A stretch of DNA of 39,510 nucleotides from Catajapyx aquilonaris (lineage: Eukaryota), in assembly GCA_000934665.2 (NCBI GenBank), contig JYFJ02003617.1, positions 1 through 39,510 on the forward strand, in the 5' to 3' direction. The first letter of the stretch is position 1. Every line of letters starts with the position of its first letter. A program made the position numbers and the translations under genes. This document shows, piece by piece, positions 34,414-39,510 of this stretch. Below the pieces are notes generated by a model, which worked only from the letters and a program-made list of their open reading frames with translations, searched no databases and was not told the DNA's origin.

Positions 34414-34623
34414 CAGGGTGATACACTGCCCAAGTCCACACACTCCAACATGAAGAAAATAAACGAGGGGAAAAAATGAACAAACCAAAATAATTATTAA
34501 TTCGAGGAAATTGGGCGATTAAGGTCCTGCAAAACATTCCTTGAAGTAACCTGATTTTTTGGTTGATGTGATGGTAACTTCAACCATTTTTTTTTGACAA
34601 TACTTGGATGATGCACCACCCTG
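34414..34623. mobile_element. Tc1/mariner-type MITE, family T
   Basis: CA|CAGGGTGATACACTGCCCAAGT ... ACTTGGATGATGCACCACCCTG|TA. Confidence 0.7.
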
Positions 34624-35158
34624 TACTTTTTTCATTTTAAAACTGTCCATTTTTTCCAGATGTGCTAGATCATCTCGACACTATGGGAATGTAGGTCAGT
34701 TTTGACACGTGCAACAATCCCCTTACGATCGGAACAATCTAATGTTATTCAGAATTGCGTAACGGGTCTGGGGTGAAATATTGACTCGGTGCACATGGTT
34801 AATTGCACCTGAGGCGCACCGCACAGTTATGTTGTGAAAGAATCGCCTCCAGGGCTTAGAAATAACCCCCTCGACAAAAAGAAAATAAGTAAGAAAAAAA
34901 TTGGTTGGTCCAGATGGCGGGCGCGTGCGGGGCCCTAGGGCCATTATTACTTCGGACTTTTTTTCCCCCCCGTTTCTTTCGAGACCCTGTATTTTGGCCC
35001 CGGGGCCAAGACCTGGCGGCAGATGTTGGAGGGAACCGCATATTGCCCACCTATCGCTTTTATTCGCACTTTGGCGGAAGCCATTCATTACCCGAGGCAA
35101 ATGCATCGTATAGACCTCGTTAGTTGAAATGTGTGGCCAGCAATGTCGCTTCTCAAGT

Positions 35159-35324
35159 ACTAGTAGCCAAATTTAGGCAACACTGCTTGCCCCGCCCTAA
35201 CTTGGACGTAGTACGATAGGCCACTACCAGTTGGCGCTTAGGCTCTCCCTCTGCCCACTCCTGCCACTCTCAGGGAGAAAGTAGTACTACATGCACGTTG
35301 GTGATGAGTCACTGCGCGGACAAA
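35159..35324 (-). mobile_element. Family H copy D (inverted)
   Basis: The reverse complement aligns with copy C over about 165 bp and ends GTTGCCTAAATTTGGCTACTAGT. Confidence 0.8.
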
Positions 35325-36426
35325 GTCCACCATGGCGCTATACTTTGTCCTCTAATTGTCCTAATTTGTCCTCTAATAAGTCTAATTGTTGAACTGGGAA
35401 AGTGAAAGCTATGGTAACTACTACCTTGTTTATGGGGGTGAATCACGGATTGTGAATTGTGTATATGAAGGGGGGCATCGACTATTATGGTTGTGACGTG
35501 GACGGATGCAATTTCATGCAAAGTACTGGTAGGAAGTCACGATGGGCCTGCGGGGGTGGCGAAGGGCCCTAAGGTGACTTGGGGGCCACTGGTGTACACA
35601 ACCCGGTTCGGCCCTGTGGGGGTTCCGGATAAGCCCCGGGGTGAAGATGAAGGAGAAGGGGGGGTGAGACGAGTAATTACCCAAACCTTGACCATCACGT
35701 CGGGATGGTCATCCAACTCTTTTTTCGCATGGCTCATCATACCCTGTGGGAAACCGATACATCGTCTCTCACGCTCTTTTCTTCATGCCGCAGGTCATAC
35801 ACATGCCCCGGTAATGTGTTTTTTTTAATGCTGTAAAGTTCGACCTATGTTTCTCACTGATATGAGCATTTACTTGGCGACACTCGAAACCATACTATTG
35901 TGAATCAAATTGTTCTGCATTTTATAGGTCTTTACATCTGAGGATGGGTGAAGCAGGTTATACCCGATCACACAGCTGCCATTTTGATGGGACATTAAAA
36001 GTGTTATTGCAGAAGACAAGATTCCTTTACGGTGGGGAAAAAAACGGGGTCTAGTGATCGCGAGCCGGATGATGGTTTAATAGCCTTTACTGGCCCTTTG
36101 CAAATTGCCGAATCAAAACACATCGGCGTATACGTTTTGGAGTTCTGCAAGTCCTCAGAAGTTCGATGTCTTCTTTTAAGCAGTCAGCAGAACAATAAAG
36201 ACAACTCTGGCACATAAAAGCACCAAGACAATAAAATTGCTAAAAGAATGTTCGCCAAATATAACCACTTGCAAGGTGAGGTGAGTGGAATTCAGTGGTT
36301 TGTTCCCTACTTTAAAAAAGTTAGCACACTTGTAAACATGTGACCATTTTTTACTACTAGCTGTTTGCTCGTAGGGAAATGAAAAAATCTTATCCTATTC
36401 TACAGGGTCAGGGTGACTCTAAAGTA

Positions 36427-36560
36427 TGGATACATAGGTAATTGAATTACATTGTTGGTTGCCAGTTGTGCCAACTCAACCTTTACTGACTGTCAACAAT
36501 CTGCTATAGTTGGCACAATTAGAAACCAACAATACAATCCAACTGCCAATATGTACCCAG
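36427..36560. mobile_element. Fold-back MITE with about 50-bp imperfect arms, TA-flanked
   Basis: Left TGGATACATAGGTAATTGAATTACATTGTTGGTTGCCAGTTGTGCCAACT versus reverse complement of right TGGGTACATATTGGCAGTTGGATTGTATTGTTGGTTTCTAATTGTGCCAACT. Confidence 0.75.
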
Positions 36561-39510
36561 TAGCGTCTTTCGTTATTGCTCTTGTGGTTATTATGACTAT
36601 TTAGCCCACCTCTCTCACCAAAGAAAGCCATCACATTCTGATAGACGCCCTTCAAGCCCCAGTTACCTTACCTTGCAGTAAAGGGTCAGACATCCTGCCC
36701 TGGATTATACACCTGGACACGCCCATCCTGTCCAGGAGGCATGACCACTCCGCACTCAACCAGCATTGGCCGCAATAAAGTGAAAGTTGGTGCAGCACTT
36801 GCAATATTCAAGGGCCTGTATAAGCACATAAAAAGAGGTAAGGTTGTGTGCTTTGCCTTTCTCCCTTCCCATTCATAGTTGTCAGAGGTGGTTGTAATGC
36901 CCCATTCTTAGTGGGAGGTGAGCACAGGCATCTCCAAGAATGAAGATATCCGATGACGTGATGACGTGATGACAGGGAGGGTCAGTCCGGAGGAGGGGCC
37001 AGATATAATATTGAAGGCCCCCTGAACGTAAGAAAAGGGCTTACAAGCACTCTTATTAATTATCGTGCTGGCCAGGGCGCACTAAGGCCTTGTCGGTCAG
37101 GGTGGTCCAACTCATGAAGAAGACATCACGAAAAAGCCTCCCTTCCAAAGATTATCATGGGAGTGATGAAGGCTCGTTTTTCGGGGTGGGGGAGAGAGAA
37201 CTTTTGCCCAAATACGCCAAAACGATTCTTAATTGCCCGCTGATGAAGCCATCAAACTCACCGTGGGTCCAGGGGTTTAATTAGGCCGACATGACCCCGG
37301 CTGCCTGGCCTCACGTGCTTGGACCCCCTTTTTGCCCAGAAATTGGAGAAACAGGGGGTCCTTTGCCGTGATGCTGGGCCCCCATGACGGGCTCGATCAC
37401 GATTTTTCCTCTCCGTGCGGGTGATTTACTCGCACAACACTTGGTCCGATCACTGCATACAACTCGATTATACCTCTTCAGCGGACTCCCAAAAAAATTT
37501 GACCAAACAAAAAAAAATGAAGGAGAAATAAATTATGAACGCGTAGCTCATATTAATCAGCTTCATCACGAGATGGATTTTCGAGGAACAGCCAAAATCA
37601 TCAAGCCGCACAAAAAAATTCTGGACAGTGAATGTTCAGTCATCCTAGACACCTTCATTATGTAACCGACTCTTACAAAGATTGAAGACCTGAATTGCTG
37701 AACTATCAGACAGACACTTCGTGATCTTCTCACAGGAGCAAAACCAGTCAAATATACGAATGCCTGAAATAATATTCCAGGGGTCGAAATGTTCTGGTTC
37801 AAAGCTGCAATGTGCACTACAAAATTATTATGTGCATTCCAAAAGTGAGCCATGGAGTGCAAAGTTTGTACTCTAGTTGGTTCTGTTTCAAACATGGCTA
37901 AACACTTCAGGTCACAGCGTCACACACCTTCAGGTCAAAAATGACAAAAATTAGGGGGTTGTCACGTTTTTCCACCACACCAAACAAATTGCGTGTAAGT
38001 ATCCTGAAATCGACTGAATTTGCTCAGAGTGACTCTCAGAAGATATTTATACATGTCAGTCCCTTAACAGCAATCTCACATATACTCACATACTCTGTCG
38101 GAGAACCAACATTGTCCCCTTAAATGGGCCTATAAAATGCTATTCACACCGTATGCTACAACAGGCTGATCAGTAGCTCAGGCGTTAAAAGGATGCAGAA
38201 GGCACGTCCTCCTTTCCATCTAAAATGGTCACGCACACTTTAGATCCGACACTAAAACAACGTCCGTCCAAATGGAGTCTGGTAAAAAAAAAACGTGATT
38301 TTGTCCCCCACAAGTCCTTCTTGTCGAGGTAAAGGTCTCAGGATATGCTGGGCAGGGGCCTAAAGAAAAAGGAAGGATCGTTGACCGTGGTAGCTACATT
38401 CCAGTGCAAAGAAGGATTCGGAGAATGTGCGCACAAGTCTTAAACTTTTTGGCTTCTTTACTGCTCCCCCTCCAGAAAAGAAAGCCCAATTAAGAAAGAG
38501 GAAAAGAGAGAGACTATTCGTGGGCGTCCCGGACCCTCTCGAAAAAAGAACTTTGGGACATACGTCCTGATCCGGTCACCTTGGCAGCCTTTAGACAGGT
38601 GGAAGGACGCTCCTTCAGGGGAAGAGAAGACGGGGGGAAAAAACGGTTGAAAAATGGTTGAATTTGGTGGTCGCGAGCTATTGAGGGCGCGGTCACCCAT
38701 CTTCTTATGTAAAGACGCGCCTTGGGACTCAATACATCGCGCGGTACACAGGACGCCGACGACGAATTTGCATGTTATTTTACGAGTCCTGATTGCAAAT
38801 AAGGCCCGAGTAATGAAAAGCAAGTAATTTTTAACAGAACTTCTCTAAGTCATTTTTGCTCAAACATAAACCCCCTACCTACATTTTTATTACCATTTTT
38901 TTATAGCTCGCAATCTTTAATATTCCCATTGTGCACTTACAGATTTCGCCCAAACTACATGTCACCTGCAAAACCGCCCTCGCCCAAAAATATAGGCCGC
39001 GTTACGTATGATTTGAGACCTTTTTTCTGCAACGTGGGCGTGTGATATTCGAGATCTCCAAGTGTGCCTCCAAATGGCACACCTTCCACTTGCTACGCAA
39101 ATTGGCCGGCTTTTCCCACCGGCGAGGCCAGTTTTGTCTATTTTTTGTGTGTGTGCGTATCATCTGACTTCTCAAGTACAAGGTGGGAGGTTTTTGGAGG
39201 GGTGGAAAAAGGAGAATGTCGCGTGGCAAGACCTGCTCTTTTTTTTGTGTGAATCCTTCCGGACGCTGGCCCAGAGAATTATTATAACGCGAGCGGCCTA
39301 TTATGTGTAAGACGGGCGAGGGTGTCCAACAAAAGTGTCCATATTTTACTCGCAAACTGGGCACAAACATGGAAAAAGGCAGGTCTTAGGCCCGTTATAG
39401 GACTCGATAATAAACATGCCTTTTTTTGAAGCTAATTTACCACTGACACGGATGGGCCAACGGTTTTAATTGCTGCAACTTGTTGAAACAAAAAGAGTAT
39501 CTCAAGATAT

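Overview
Eukaryotic (animal, most likely arthropod) genomic DNA. The centrepiece is an intronless atonal-family proneural bHLH gene (13360..14013, +) with a TATA promoter, a Hairy/E(spl)-type repressor site and an in-frame three-codon uORF abutting the start codon. It lies in an apparent gene desert: about 12 kb upstream and 25 kb downstream contain no other convincing coding sequence and are rich in candidate enhancer motifs. At the left edge is the 5' part of a divergently transcribed, spliced minus-strand gene that the ORF track only partly shows (exons 1056..1034 and 802..503). It may continue into a PWWP-like motif that is 1 nt out of frame. The non-coding DNA holds many short non-autonomous transposons: a CAGGGTGG-TIR/TA MITE family, Tourist-like MITEs, fold-back palindromes, two Helitron-like families and a 22-bp hAT-like micro-element. 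There are also tandem and AT-rich repeats. I see no prokaryotic system, CRISPR array, tRNA/rRNA or intact transposase. Nothing here is demonstrably a new biological system. The best leads are regulatory and mobile-DNA oddities, and all TE classifications are by eye.
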